NCBI RefSeq assembly: GCF_006345805.1
Contig: NC_043000.1
Location: 26,846,001-26,910,000, forward strand
Direction: 5' to 3'
DNA length: 64,000 nucleotides
Origin: Octopus sinensis
Taxonomy: Eukaryota
The notes below the pieces were generated by a model, which had not been told where the DNA came from, did not search any database, and worked only from the letters and a program-made list of their open reading frames with translations. Within the stretch, counting starts at the first letter, position 1. The number at the start of each line of letters is the position of its first letter. A program made the translations under genes and the position numbers. Below are positions 25,666 through 39,504 of the stretch, one piece after another.

Positions 25666-26666
25666 AGCGACGACAGTTCCTTCTATGTATGTCCGTATGT
25701 GTGTATGTACATGTATTCTAAGTACAAATTGCAGGTTATAGAGTGACATGTAGAATTTCTAGATATATATACTACATATTTTCCGTACCTACGAAAGTAA
25801 AAGAAAAAGTGAGAGAAAGCACAAAGTCTTTCAATGGGAAGTATTAAGTGAATCGATGAAGGAAACTGAAGAGCGAAAAAAGAAAGGAAGACATGAGAAA
25901 ACAAGTAAAAGAAAAAGAGATAAAAATGTGCAGGTATCTGCTCTAATGATAACCTCATCTCCTTCTTCGCCTATATCGGAAGATTTGTAAAGACATGATC
26001 ATTGCCATTCCTTCAGTGACTGAACTGTGTTCTCGTAAAATACAGAGCAAGAATTTGCAATGAAAAGGAGGGAGTCTTCTCGTACTCGTAGCTTAATTAG
26101 GTCACTTCTAAATAGATCGCAAATAGATCAAAGGATATTTCACTGAACGTTCTAAATTTACCTATTATTTATATCTTATTGTATTCCTTGTGAACCTATG
26201 TATATATATATTTGTGTGTGTGTTTGTGTGTGTGTGCGCGTGTGTGTGATTTATAAGTTATATACATCGATATGCATGCATACAAACAGGCATAGATATA
26301 CACGCGCGCACGCACACAGACATATTTACGCACATACATATATACAGATAGATGAGTAAATTAGGCATATGTTTAGCACTGTAATACCAAAACGAAAAAT
26401 TATAATAGTCATTAAAAGGAAAATTAGACAGATATATCGATATACATACATACACAAACACAAACACACACACACACATACACACACACACATATATATG
26501 TATGTACGGAAAGTAAGACAAGGTAGAAAATGTTACAATGATTTTAGTACCGGGAATTCTTATTTTAATCTTAATAATGTTTACAGTAAACGTTATTATT
26601 AAGATTAATACAAAAATTATCCCCCCAAAAGGCATGTTTACTCATTTTTTAAATATATACATATAT

Positions 26667-26714
<48 letters not shown>

Positions 26715-26934
26715 ATATATATACAGTGCAACTTTGGCCTTCGAACTTTATCTCTCGTCTTTTTACGAATGCCTCTGATCACGAATAAATCATGCTTTAT
26801 ATATATATATAATATATATATATATATATCTGATCTATTCGCGATCAGAATTGTTCGAAGACTGAGGTATTACTGCATACAAATGTTAAAGGAAATAGAG
26901 AAATAAAATTGACATATTAAAAATATTTTTACAT

Positions 26935-27949
26935 AGTATATAATCATATTAAATAAAATATATTTTTTTTCTGGGACTCTCGACAGGAAGATGTCCAGCT
27001 TAGATTTAAAAACCGCTGCATCTACTTTGTGCAAGTTCCTCAGACTCTTTGAGAGAATATTAAAAAGCTGTGGGCCCTTGAAACCCAGGCTGTTGCAGAA
27101 GCTGGTCCTGAAGCGTGATGGCATTGCTGGGGTCTTTGGCACTATGCAGTGTCATCCCGTTCTGGCATTGGTGTAGCTTTCAATGCCAAAATTTGGCACA
27201 ATTTCTTCCAGGATCTTCCAGACATATATTACTGCATACCTCTCCTGTCTTCTCTCCAGGGAGTAGAGTCATAGCTGTTTCAACCTTTCCCAGTAGTTGA
27301 GCTGTTGCAAAGAGACGATCTTCTTTGTGAATCTTCTCTGGATTGCTTCACGGTCCGCTGTTTATTTTACACTGGTGGGTGACCATAGCTTTGAGCAGTA
27401 ATCCAGGCAGCTGAGGACGAATGTCCGCCAGTATATAATCATATTAAATAAATATATTTTTTTTTTGGGACTCTCGACAGGAAAGATCCAGCTTAGATTT
27501 AAAAACCGCTGCATCTACTTTGTGCAAGTTCCTCAACTCTTTGAGAGAATATTAAAAAGCTGTGGCCCTGAAACCCAGGCTGTTGCAGAAGCTGGTCCTG
27601 AAGCGTGATGGCATTGCTGGGTCTTTGGCACTAGCAGTGTCATCCCGTTCTGGCATTGGTGTAGCTTTCAATGCCAAAATTTGGCACAATTTCTTCCAGG
27701 ATCTTCCAGACATATATACTGCATACCTCTCCTGTCTTCTCTTCTCTCCAGGGAGTAGAGTCATAGCTGTTTCAACCTTTCCCAGTAGTTGAGCTGTTTG
27801 CCAAGAAGACATCTTCTTGTGAATCTTCTCTGGATTGCTTCACGGTCCGCTGTTTATTTTACACTGGTGGGTGACCATAGCTTGAGCAGTAATCCAGGCA
27901 GCTGAGGACGAAGTGTCCGCCAGTATATAATCATATTAAATAAAATATA
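26935..27949 (-). mobile_element. Head-to-tail tandem duplication of a CR1-group LINE fragment (495 + 492 bp), bounded by three copies of a 28-bp motif
   Basis: Units 26935-27429 and 27430-27921; AGTATATAATCATATTAAATAAAATATA at 26935, 27430 (one base shorter) and 27922. Encodes GFKGPQLFNILSKSLRNLHKVDAAVFKSKLDIFLSRVPE. Confidence 0.9.
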
Positions 27950-28550
27950 CTTCCTACTCCACCATACATTCTCAACATATATAGATCTCATTATATAATA
28001 AAATGGGCAGTGATTATTTTCAATTAAATTGTTTTTTAGTTTAATATTATTGGAGATACATAAGAATATTTTGTGACCGTTGTAATTTTTCTTTTTCTTA
28101 ATTATTTATCAATCTAAATTTTGTTTTTGTTTTTATTATATTCATATTTGAATTATTAACGCTCACGCTTGTAAACATATGTATATTTTAAATCATTCTC
28201 TTTTATGAATTAGTAGTCCTTCCATGGAATTTTTGTTTTTTCCTTTTTTTAACAAATATTACCCCGAGGAGACTCATATGCATATATGTAAAATTTTATA
28301 AATTCACTAGTCGATATGAGTCGAAAGTAGTTGCTGGATTTATATTTGTTAATTTTTTTTATTATATTATATATATTTTATAGTATAATTATGTTATATT
28401 ATTATATAAATACATCTTTAATATGTCAATTGTATTTCTCTATTTCCTTTAATATTTGTATATTGTATTTATACTAAATTGTTATGGTATTCAACAGTGA
28501 CAATTGGATGTCTTCCATCCCCTTTGAAGGACATGGTCTTTTCCTTGGTT

Positions 28551-28710
<160 letters not shown>

Positions 28711-28721
28711 AAATAGTAACA

Positions 28722-29052
28722 AGAATATCTTCGTTAATTTGGTACGATCTTTGTTGTCTCTTTCACTTGTCCATTCCTCTCAGAACCTTACAGTAGTTCG
28801 GAGCAACTGAATTTTAGTCAGTCAGTTGATAAACTCCACTGCCTCAAATATTCTTAAAATTTAAATCCACATCTTTGTCTATATATCTACCTTCTCTATA
28901 ATGTTATCACTTGATATGAAAATTATGTATTAATGGAAAACCTCTATGAATGGTTCATGAGTGCTCGGCATTTTAAAACTGTTGTAATACTTACAACATT
29001 TGATAAGATGAGGTAGTACGAAACGATCGTACCAAATTACCGAAGTTATTCT
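28722..29052. mobile_element. Element bounded by 28-bp inverted repeats containing a degenerate hammerhead (PLE-like remnant)
   Basis: 28722-28749 and 29025-29052 are inverted copies (26/28). The right copy overlaps ...AAGATGA-GGTAGTAC-GAAA-CGATCG-TA-CCAAAT (28998-29037). Confidence 0.5.
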
Positions 29053-29170
29053 TTATGCTTATTTTGATTATAATCACCCTATGGATTTATATGGATAACA
29101 CCATACAGAATTATGGTGCATCTAACTTAAGTACCGTATTCATTTGAATCTAAATTTTGCTGACCTTATA

Positions 29171-29212
<42 letters not shown>

Positions 29213-29283
29213 ATATATATACATAATATATATATATATATTATATATATATAATATATATATATATATATAATATATATATA

Positions 29284-29373
<90 letters not shown>

Positions 29374-29559
29374 GATATCATGAATGTGGTGGGTCGTCTT
29401 GGCGTCTGTGCTTGTACTCCCTCCATCGCTTGACGACCGGTGTTGGTTTTTGGGGATAATGTGATGAATCTTTTCTACCAAAGCTCTTCAACGCAATATG
29501 CCAGTATGTGTGCTATCAATTGCCTGAACGAAGTAGAAGATAAATAACAAGTGGCAAAA

Positions 29560-30270
29560 TAATTTCAATAATGATTCGAACGCTCCCGATCTGAAAACCT
29601 ATCAATACAGGGTTGCTCCAGAGGAAAAAATAGAGGCTGTCTCAATGGTTGCGACTAAACTGGCAACCCCATCAAGCTTGCTTGGTGAGGAGTGCGATTT
29701 TTGGACACACTGCAGGACGAAAAATAAGACCTGTCAAAGTGTGGAAGAGCTCATGAGCTGTCAACTCCATCCAATAAAATGTGTACATGTGTATGTATGT
29801 ATGTATGTATGTATGTATGTATGTATGTATGTATGTATGTATGTATGTATGTATGTATGCATGCATGTATGTATGTATGTATGTATGTATGTATGTATGT
29901 ATGTATGTATGTGTGTATGTATGTGCGGGGACGTGGCAATATCTGGGTTGGTATCCAGGCGCGCGGTTGGTCTACAAGGAATGAGGCGGGTGGGGCTCTA
30001 TTGTCACAACATCTCCCCAGGAAAAGGAAACTCAAAGAAAACCTGCGACACTAACATTATTCGACGAAGTCGACCAGTTCGTCTTTTCGAGTTTATGTTG
30101 TCCATGTACAGAAAGTGGGATGGCATTTGTGCAAATCCTTCCACCACAATAAAAATCCTGATGCACAGGCATCGCTTGAAAACAAAACTGCAAAACCTAT
30201 CACAAAAATGGCTGGTCGTAGCCTTCGCACGTGTGGAACTATCAATCAGGCGATGGTAATACTTGAACAC
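29560..30270 (+). mobile_element. Possible 5' UTR / endonuclease start of an RTE-type LINE, interrupted by (TATG)n
   Basis: GC-richer segment with actaaactggcaacccc and ggaaaaggaaactc. The translation ITKMAGRSLRTCGTINQ weakly resembles the RTE EN start I.TWNVRSL..CG. Recall-based and weak. Confidence 0.3.
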
Positions 30271-30276
30271 GACTGT

Positions 30277-30747
30277 GCAGGAGCGGCTGTGTGGTAAGTA
30301 ACTTGCTTACGAACAACATGGTTCCGTTCCGAGGCCAGTCTCACTGCGTGGCACCTTGGGCAAGAGTCTTCTACTATAGCGTAAGGCCGACCAAAGCCTT
30401 GTGAGTGGATCTGGTAGACAGAAACTGAAAAACGCCCGTCACATATATATATATAATATAATATAGTATATATATATAATATCATATGTATGTATGTATG
30501 TACGTATGTATGTATGTATGTATATGTATGTATGTATGTATGTATGTATATCTGTATGTATGTGTATATATGTTTGTGTGTCTGCGTTTGTTCTCACAAC
30601 ATCGCTTGACAACCGATGTGTTTACGTCCCCGTAATCTAGCGGTTCGGCAAAAAGAGCCGATAGAATAAGTACTAGGGTTACAAAGAATAAGTCCTGGGG
30701 CCGATTTGCTCGAGTAAATGACTGAAACAAGTAAAACAGTAAAGAGT
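30277..30747 (+). mobile_element. SINE family A, complete, with expanded internal microsatellite
   Basis: Head 30277-30441, (TA/TATG)n 30442-30570, tail to 30747. Confidence 0.88.
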
Positions 30748-30755
30748 ATATATAT

Positions 30756-31136
30756 GGATGGAAGCACTCCGTCGGTTACGACGACGAGGGTTCTGGTTGA
30801 TCCAATTAATGGAACAACCTGCTCGTGAAATTAACGTGTAAGTGGCGGAGCACTTCACAGACACGTGCGCCCTTAACGTAGTTCTCGGGGTATATTTAGC
30901 GTGACACAGAGAGTGACAAGGCCGGCCCTTTGAAATACAGGTACAACAGAAACAGGAAGAAAGAGTGAAAGAAAGTTGTGGTTAAAGAGTACAGCAGGGA
31001 TCACCACCATCCCTGCCGGAGCCTCGTGGAGCTTTATGGTTTTCGCTCAATAAACACTCACAACGCCCGGTCTCTCTGGAATCGAAACCGCGATCCTACG
31101 ACCGCGAGTCCCTAACCCCTGGGCCATTGCGCCTCC
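30756..31136 (-). mobile_element. tRNA-derived SINE, family C, tail variant 3
   Basis: Reverse complement of the family C head and body (31136-30952), followed by a distinct tail of about 200 bp ending cgtcgtaaccgacggagtgcttccatcc. Confidence 0.85.
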
Positions 31137-31138
31137 AG

Positions 31139-31169
<31 letters not shown>

Positions 31170-31253
31170 ACATATATGTATTATAATATATATATATATA
31201 TAATATATATATTATATATAATATATATAACATATATACAATATGTATATATA

Positions 31254-31298
<45 letters not shown>

Positions 31299-32292
31299 TA
31301 TATCTATATATTATATATATATACATATATGTATATATATTACATAATGTATGTATATATGTATGTATATATATATTTATATATTTACATATATATACAT
31401 ATGTAAATATACATATACACATATATATTGTGAATATATTTATTATTATTTGGGTACACATATATCTGCGTGTGTATATTTACACACTTGTGCACTGGTT
31501 TGCCTGCTAGATGTGTATAATATAGATATATGCGTATTTAAATATTTATATGTATTTGATTATCAACGTATTTACCTATTGGTTCCGATCGTTCTCTCTC
31601 TCTCTCTTTCTCGCATTCTGACACTCTCTACATATGTATACACACACACACTTACACCCACACATGAAGAATAAAGTGCGATGTACTGAGGAAACGAACC
31701 GAGTAGATATATTAAATATATACTGATTGAGTAAATAGAAAAGATAATATGTATTGACGAATAAATAACGAAATGCTATGAAAGGTTTAGAAATATGACA
31801 AGAGAAGATGAAGACATCGCAGAAGAAAATTGATTATTTTTTCAAGTCTATTATTTGTGTTTTCACAATATCAAAAGGAGACGTTTAGACCAGACACAAT
31901 AATCATACACAAGCACACATATATACGCACACGTACACATAAACGCGTGCACACACAAATACACACACACACGCACACACACATACACACACTCTCGTGT
32001 ACGCGTATACAAAGTCCCATACGCACGCTTGAAAAGTTCCCCCTATATAATCAATCATAGTCCTCTGTTTCTGTATTTATATACACACGCATATACATAC
32101 ATACGTACATACAAACACACACATATATAGAGATATATACATACATGTACATATATAAATATATATATATATACATAAATAGATGCATGCATACATACAC
32201 ACATAGGCTCACATCCATACATATATACATACGTACATACATACACACATGTACATGCATCTACTTACATATATATGTGTGTATATCTACAC

Positions 32293-32368
<76 letters not shown>

Positions 32369-32373
32369 GTGTG

Positions 32374-32406
<33 letters not shown>

Positions 32407-33034
32407 ATGTATATATGTAATGTAAGTATATATAATGTATATGTATCTTTGTAATGTATATACATAGACACACACACGAGCGCGCGTAAACACGTGCTTA
32501 TGGAAGTGTATATATATAATTCTGCCGCATAATTTTATGAAAAGTTGTTTCCAACAACACGTGTGTGTTTTTATCGAAATACACGCATCATCCAAAGCAC
32601 CTCACTCCCACACAGTACATACCTGCATTCTTGCATACACACATACACGCATACATTGCATACGCACACGTACACATTTACATACGCACATACATTACAT
32701 ATTTACATACATGTACACACACATACATACATGCACACAGACATAAATTGTGGGCACGTGTATTCATGTTTGCAGCAAACAGAAGGAAAGTGAAAAGGGG
32801 TTTTTGTGGTAATCTGAAGAACGAGAGGAACAGTAGGGGAGGTAAGTCATAAAGAGCCGTGGAAGTTGCGGTGGTGGTGGTGGTGGTGGTGGTGGTTTTT
32901 GTGGTAGGTTGTTGGTCTAATTGATGCAATAAACACAACGACTTTGAATTCGGTCGAGAACAGGATTTAATGGGTTCACATAATTAGCTTTTATTTGCTC
33001 CTGCAGTGAACAGAAGCCCGTAGAATACGTACAT

Positions 33035-33075
<41 letters not shown>

Positions 33076-33226
33076 ACCACACCACAACACACACACATAC
33101 ACCACACACACACGCACACACATCCACAAACACATATGTATATCTTCATATATATTCATAGATAATATACACATTACATATATATATGGATATATGTATA
33201 TGTGTATATATATGTATATATATTCA

Positions 33227-33299
<73 letters not shown>

Positions 33300-33362
33300 G
33301 CATATACGCATATGCGCACAAACATACACATGCATCAGCACACACAGACACACGCACATACA

Positions 33363-33420
<58 letters not shown>

Positions 33421-33550
33421 TACATAGATACTTACCTACATCACACCACACTATTATATATATATATATATATAGTGTGTGTGTGTGTGTGTGTGTGTTG
33501 TGTGTGTGTGTGTGTGTGTGTGTGTTTGTGCGTATATATATCTTGAGAGA

Positions 33551-33650
33551 NNNNNNNNNNNNNNNNNNNNNNNNNNNNNNNNNNNNNNNNNNNNNNNNNN
33601 NNNNNNNNNNNNNNNNNNNNNNNNNNNNNNNNNNNNNNNNNNNNNNNNNN
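33551..33650. other. Assembly gap (100 N)
   Basis: Run of 100 N; true size and adjacency are unknown. Confidence 1.
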
Positions 33651-34068
33651 TGGTAGTATTATGGCGAGTAGATTGAATGTGTGTAAGAGTAATGTATATA
33701 TTTAAGCAATGTGTGTATATGTGTGCGCGTGTGTGTAACGAAAAAGGGGGGGTTAAGGAAAAAGGACTCCAGCTGAGGGGAAGATGGAAGAGTGGTCCCG
33801 CGGAGACGGGTGTGGGAAAACCCAACGACAAGCGACGGTCCCAGGAACGGGCGGGAGGTCTCGTCGGGTCCAAGAGCGAGGTGCATGCGGCGCGTATGCG
33901 TGCGCGAACCGGCGCAAGCGCGTGTGTCCGCGCGCCTGCGAGTATATATATGTGTGTGTGTGTGTGTAGATATATATGTATATGGGATAAACAACGTGAG
34001 TCTTAGTTTCGTTTGGCTTGTATTTTTGTATTTCTAGCATGTGACGCTACTCATAAGTGCCCAGACAC

Positions 34069-34113
<45 letters not shown>

Positions 34114-34137
34114 CATCTATCTATCTATCTATCTATC

Positions 34138-34175
<38 letters not shown>

Positions 34176-34177
34176 TA

Positions 34178-34255
<78 letters not shown>

Positions 34256-34538
34256 GCGTACATTCATCTTCATGTACATATGCGTGAGATCTTTGAGTAC
34301 ACTTCATGCAATGGCACTAATTCTTCTAACTTGTTGCTCTTTATTTTTTTTTTTATCTTTTAGTTTTCATACTTTTATTAGCTTCTTACAGTTGGTTGGG
34401 GACAGTAGAGTTCCGAAGTCCATATCCAACGTTTCTAGACATGCGCAGTAAAGAATTAAAGAATAGAACTGAATATATTTGGTGATTGTGTTGATTCTTA
34501 CAAATTGATTGATTGAATTTGTGTAACTTTCCCGCCAA

Positions 34539-34586
<48 letters not shown>

Positions 34587-35514
34587 GTGTGTGTGTATGT
34601 GTGTGTTTGTGTGTATGTGTATATTTATATGTATGTATGTATGTATCTATCTATCTATATATAAAATTATATACATACATACATACCTATATATTTATCT
34701 ACAAACATATGCACACACACACACACACACATCATATATACTATTCACGCATTGTATTTTCCATTCCTTGTCCAAATGGCTTCCCTTTAAAAACCTCCAC
34801 CTTTTAAAATTGTAATGATCTGTGCCTAATATAATAAAACCAGGACGCTGGCGGTGCGAAATGACGGAGAGAGCTGAAAGCTGTCTTGTATTGCGTGTAT
34901 CGACATTTTATAACTTAAATCGATGAAATCTGCAAAGGAAAAGCCAATTTCACATGTCCTATTCACTCTGGACGAAGCCATACAATCTGAAATACGTATT
35001 ACAAATTATTGTCACAGCTATGTCTTCTCAAAACTCAAATTACTATCCATCGTGTAAGAGAAAATCAAAGCAATTTTATTATATTATGGAAATAGACCAT
35101 TATACACGGGAGTCCTTTATATAATATATGACCGTTCCTTAATTTCCTTCTAGCTTACTATGTAGTTTATTTCCAGGACTGTACAAAGCGCTCAGGGCTT
35201 ACAGAAATTTTATATATATTTTAGGTTTTAGAATTATGTGTATTTCATTTGAATATACTTTCTTGTACATCATCACGCAGTGACACAGAAGAAGCGGTTG
35301 TACCTCCTACATTCAGATGTTTAATACGAAGAACATAGAAGCGGTAGATGGTTGATTCGTTGATCCAGGGCTGCCTAATAACCTCTGTTAGTAAACGTTA
35401 TTATTTATTATACTCTTCAATCTTCAAATCTTGATTAAACAGTAACACTCTTCCTTGAGTTATATTCCCTTTTGACTTGAGAGAAAATACGATCATCGAC
35501 TACCGATGGTATTC

Positions 35515-35692
35515 TATTTCCTTTCAACCGTTAAACTGCGGCCATGCTGGAGTACCACCTTGAAGCATTTTAGTGGATTGTATCGACCCTTATCCTTTTG
35601 TTAATGCCTGGTTATTATACTATCGGTCTCTTTTGCCAATTTTCTAAGTTATGGAGAGTTAAACACATCCATACCAGTTGTCAGTCGGTGGT

Positions 35693-35741
<49 letters not shown>

Positions 35742-35971
35742 ACATATGTATATACACACACACATACACACACATACACACACACATACACACACACACA
35801 CACACACATGCACACACGATGGGTTTCTTTCAGTTTCAGTCTAACATATCTACTCACTTGATAGGCCTGAGGCTCTAATAGAAGACACTTGCCCAAGATA
35901 CCTCGCAGCGGGACTGAACTTGGAACCATGTGGCTGGAAAGAAAACTTCATGCCAGTCAACCATGCCTGCG
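35515..35971 (-). mobile_element. SINE family A, complete, with internal (CA)n
   Basis: Tail about 35515-35690, (CA)n 35695-35815, head 35816-35971, all as reverse complement. Confidence 0.82.
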
Positions 35972-36253
35972 CTTATGTACGAACTTATTTCCAAGGTTAA
36001 TGAAATAACTAGCGAAATAGCTATGACCATGAACAGCACCAGTATCCTTGAGAGGAATTGAACCTGCTCCCTTTAAATCACTGAAAAATCAGTCCCAGAG
36101 CAGAATGCCATGTTTTGTTGTGTCTGTCCATTTTACTGTTTCTCTTTACGTTTTAAATCTTCTCAGAAAATCACTCTTTTACTACAAAAGTAACATAGCA
36201 TGTGATTTTCTTACATTTTCCTATCCATCCCTGTACTATTATATTAATCTATC

Positions 36254-36446
36254 AACTACTACTACTACTACCACCACTACTACTACAGCTGCTGTTACTA
36301 CTACTGCTACTACTGCTGCTGCTGCGCCTCTTCTTCCTCCGCCTCCTCCTCCTCCTACTACTACTACTGTTGTTACTACCACCACAACTACAACTACTAC
36401 TACTACTACTACTACTACTGTTACCACCACCACCACCACCACCACA

Positions 36447-36492
<46 letters not shown>

Positions 36493-36506
36493 ACTACTAC
36501 TACTAC
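36254..36506. repeat. Compound trinucleotide microsatellite (ACT/ACC/GCT/CCT)
   Basis: Direct reading. Confidence 0.95.
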
Positions 36507-37317
36507 AGTATGATACCATGTGTTGTACTACATAAATTTACCTACCTTTCTATTTATATCTCCTTTTATATTCACTTTATCTTCTTTCGATCTATCGATT
36601 TTGTTTTGTAATGACTAAATTGTTTTTTCCTCCTTATTTATATCCCCTTGTTTTAAAATATAAATTATATCTTAACTGCATCGATTTTTTTCCTAAAGAT
36701 TCCTTTCATTGTCTCTTACGGTTTTTGTTTGTTATTATTTGTTTTATTTTTTTTCATTGTTGTTGTTTTCTTTTGTCCCCCTCCTCCCCATTTGTTACTT
36801 TTCACAATTTAAATTTGCTATTAATATCATTCTGATGAATATATATTAATTAATCAGATACATTACTTCTTATAATTGCTTTCTTCTCATCAAAGTCATT
36901 GGATAGTTTTGGATATACGACGTTCATTAAATTACACACACAATCACACACATACACAAACATACACACACGCACACACGCACAGATGCACACACATACA
37001 CACAAACATACACATACAAAGCATCGTAGATTTTGAGGGAATAAATTATCGGTTGAAATGATGCTCATGTTCTTCCCAATATTACGAAAAATGTAAACTG
37101 AAATGTCTGAGATGGAAATAAAATCATGGACACTCGTATTCAATTTGTTATGTGGTTGTTTTTTTAACGTGTGCGATAAGTTGACATCAAATCGTGTTCT
37201 TTTACGGTACACTTGACTTACTCAAGCATGAAACGAAACTAAGAGCAACTTACTCTCACAATCTCAGATAAGGATATTTACATATGTATTTGTAAAATGT
37301 AAATATACATGTAAAAT

Positions 37318-37943
37318 ATTTCTTTATTGCTCACAGGGGGCTAAATACAGAGGGGACAAACAAGGACAGACAAAGGGCTTAAGTCGGTTACATCGACCCC
37401 AGTGCATAATTGGTACTTAATTTATCGACCTCGAAAGGATGAAAGGCAAAGTTGACCCCGGCGGAATTTGAACTCAGAACGTAACGGCAGCCAAAATACA
37501 TATTTCTTTACTATCCACAAGGGGCTAAACACAGAGGGGACAAACAAGGACAGACAAACGGATTAAGTCGATTACATCGACTCCAGTGCGTAACTGGTAC
37601 TTAATTTATCGACCCCGAAAGGATGAAAGGCAAAGTCGACCTCGGCGGAATTTGAACTCAGAACGTAACGGCAGCCAAAATACCGCTAAGCATTTCGCCC
37701 GACGTGCTAACGATTCTGCCAGCTCGCCACCCGTAAATACATATGTAAAATGCAAGCGGTTTTTCGTCTGCCGTTACGTTCTGATTTCAAATTCCACCGA
37801 GGTCGACTTTGCCTTTCATCCTTTCGGGGTCGATAAACTAAGCACCAGTTAGGCATTGGGGTCCTTGTATTCGACTTAATCCGTTTGTCTGTCGTTGTTT
37901 GTCCCCTCCATGTTTAGCTCCTTCTGGGTAATAAAGAAATAAG
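37318..37943. mobile_element. Three family B SINEs: two tandem minus copies (37318-37499 and 37500-37728) and one plus copy (37752-37943) with TSD
   Basis: High identity to 8749-8979. The plus copy is flanked by AAATACATATGTAAAAT at 37735-37751 and 37944-37960. Confidence 0.9.
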
Positions 37944-38282
37944 AAATACATATGTAAAATTAAAGATGCCCACACAGACACACACACTCGAAAACACAAG
38001 TGCACAAAGGCATACTCACCCCGAGAGACACTCCACAAAAAAAAAAAAACACCTAAGTTTCTAAAAAGACATGTCCATAGAATACATAAGTGCAAGTCGG
38101 TGGACCTACATTTAAAGGCACACACAAACGGATCCTCGGAAACCTCGCGAACGGTTTTAACTAAAACATGCTTGTTATTTTATTAGTGACTGGTTTGAAA
38201 TCTATAAAGAACTTGGATGAAAGTCAAAGAAAAACATAGACACACAAATTCATACAAATTCATACAAGCACAATTACGATAT

Positions 38283-38486
38283 TCTTTTATTCAGTCATTT
38301 GACTGCAGCCATGCTGGAGCACCGCTTTCCATCGATCAAATCAAGCCCAGGACTTATTCACTCACAAGACTTTGTTCGGTCCGCGGCTATTGTGGACAAC
38401 TCTTGCCGAAGTTGCCCCGCAGTGGGACTGACCGGGAACGATTGTAGTGTTAAGCGAGCTACTTACCACACAGCCACTCCTATGCC
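38283..38486 (-). mobile_element. SINE family A with internal deletion
   Basis: Tail end joined directly to the head, with no central microsatellite. Confidence 0.75.
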
Positions 38487-38518
38487 TTATATATATAATA
38501 TATATATATATTATAGAT

Positions 38519-38550
<32 letters not shown>

Positions 38551-38652
38551 TATATATATATATATATATATATTATATATCTTTATATAGACATGAATGT
38601 ATGACAACCTAAGAACACAACAGTTATCTATCATCTATCTATCTATCTATTA

Positions 38653-38683
<31 letters not shown>

Positions 38684-38687
38684 CTAA

Positions 38688-38736
<49 letters not shown>

Positions 38737-39504
38737 GATATCTGTCTGTCTGTATGTATGTATGTATGCATATGAATATACAGAAAATACGATACAATTT
38801 AATAAACGTTATGCAGTAACCAACATTTACGCGACAAAACCGGTGATAGCGGAACACCCAATGGACTTTATAAACTTGGAAATAAAATAAACATAACACA
38901 TGTTTTACTAAATATCAATATAAATAATTTTTATTAATGCTCACATGAACATTCACCAATAAGCACGCAAACTTCAATCAGCGACTGAATTGTTATTTAA
39001 CGCCAATAGATACACAACCGCTCACTACGATAAATAAACGCCATTGCCTATCTTAAAACTAGACTCCTTTTCCTTTGATCTAAGCACATTATACATTATA
39101 CAAAATAATTTCCTTGTACGCACTCACCTCGTTAATCAGCACCATTAAATTAAGCGATGGAAAATGTCTTATTTACGTCATTAAATACCCAATGTAATTC
39201 TTAGGGCCATTGCAATATTCACACAATAAAACATATAAACTCCTTGCACTCCATCATCTTTCTGCACTGCGATCATCTCTCAGTGGTCCCCATTTTTTCC
39301 TCCCCCCTTCATAGCATGAGTGTATAATGTAACTATTACCAGAACAACCAATAGATTGAACAAACAATTAATAAGCCATAAATAAACGATTATAATTGTA
39401 AATTCTTTTACTAAGTTGCTTTGCCAAGATATAAAGGAATAACCACAAATGTATTACGTACTTCTTGGATAAAATGATTAGCTAGAAAAGACACCCTAAT
39501 TCTG

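Noticed and set aside
26935-27949. CRISPR-like repeat-spacer array (three 28-bp repeats)
   Set aside because: The intervening segments are about 465 bp near-identical LINE fragments, not unique spacers; the context is eukaryotic with no cas genes.
29645-30259. 204-aa ORF
   Set aside because: It spans a (TATG)n microsatellite and probable LINE 5' sequence, so it is a composite artefact.
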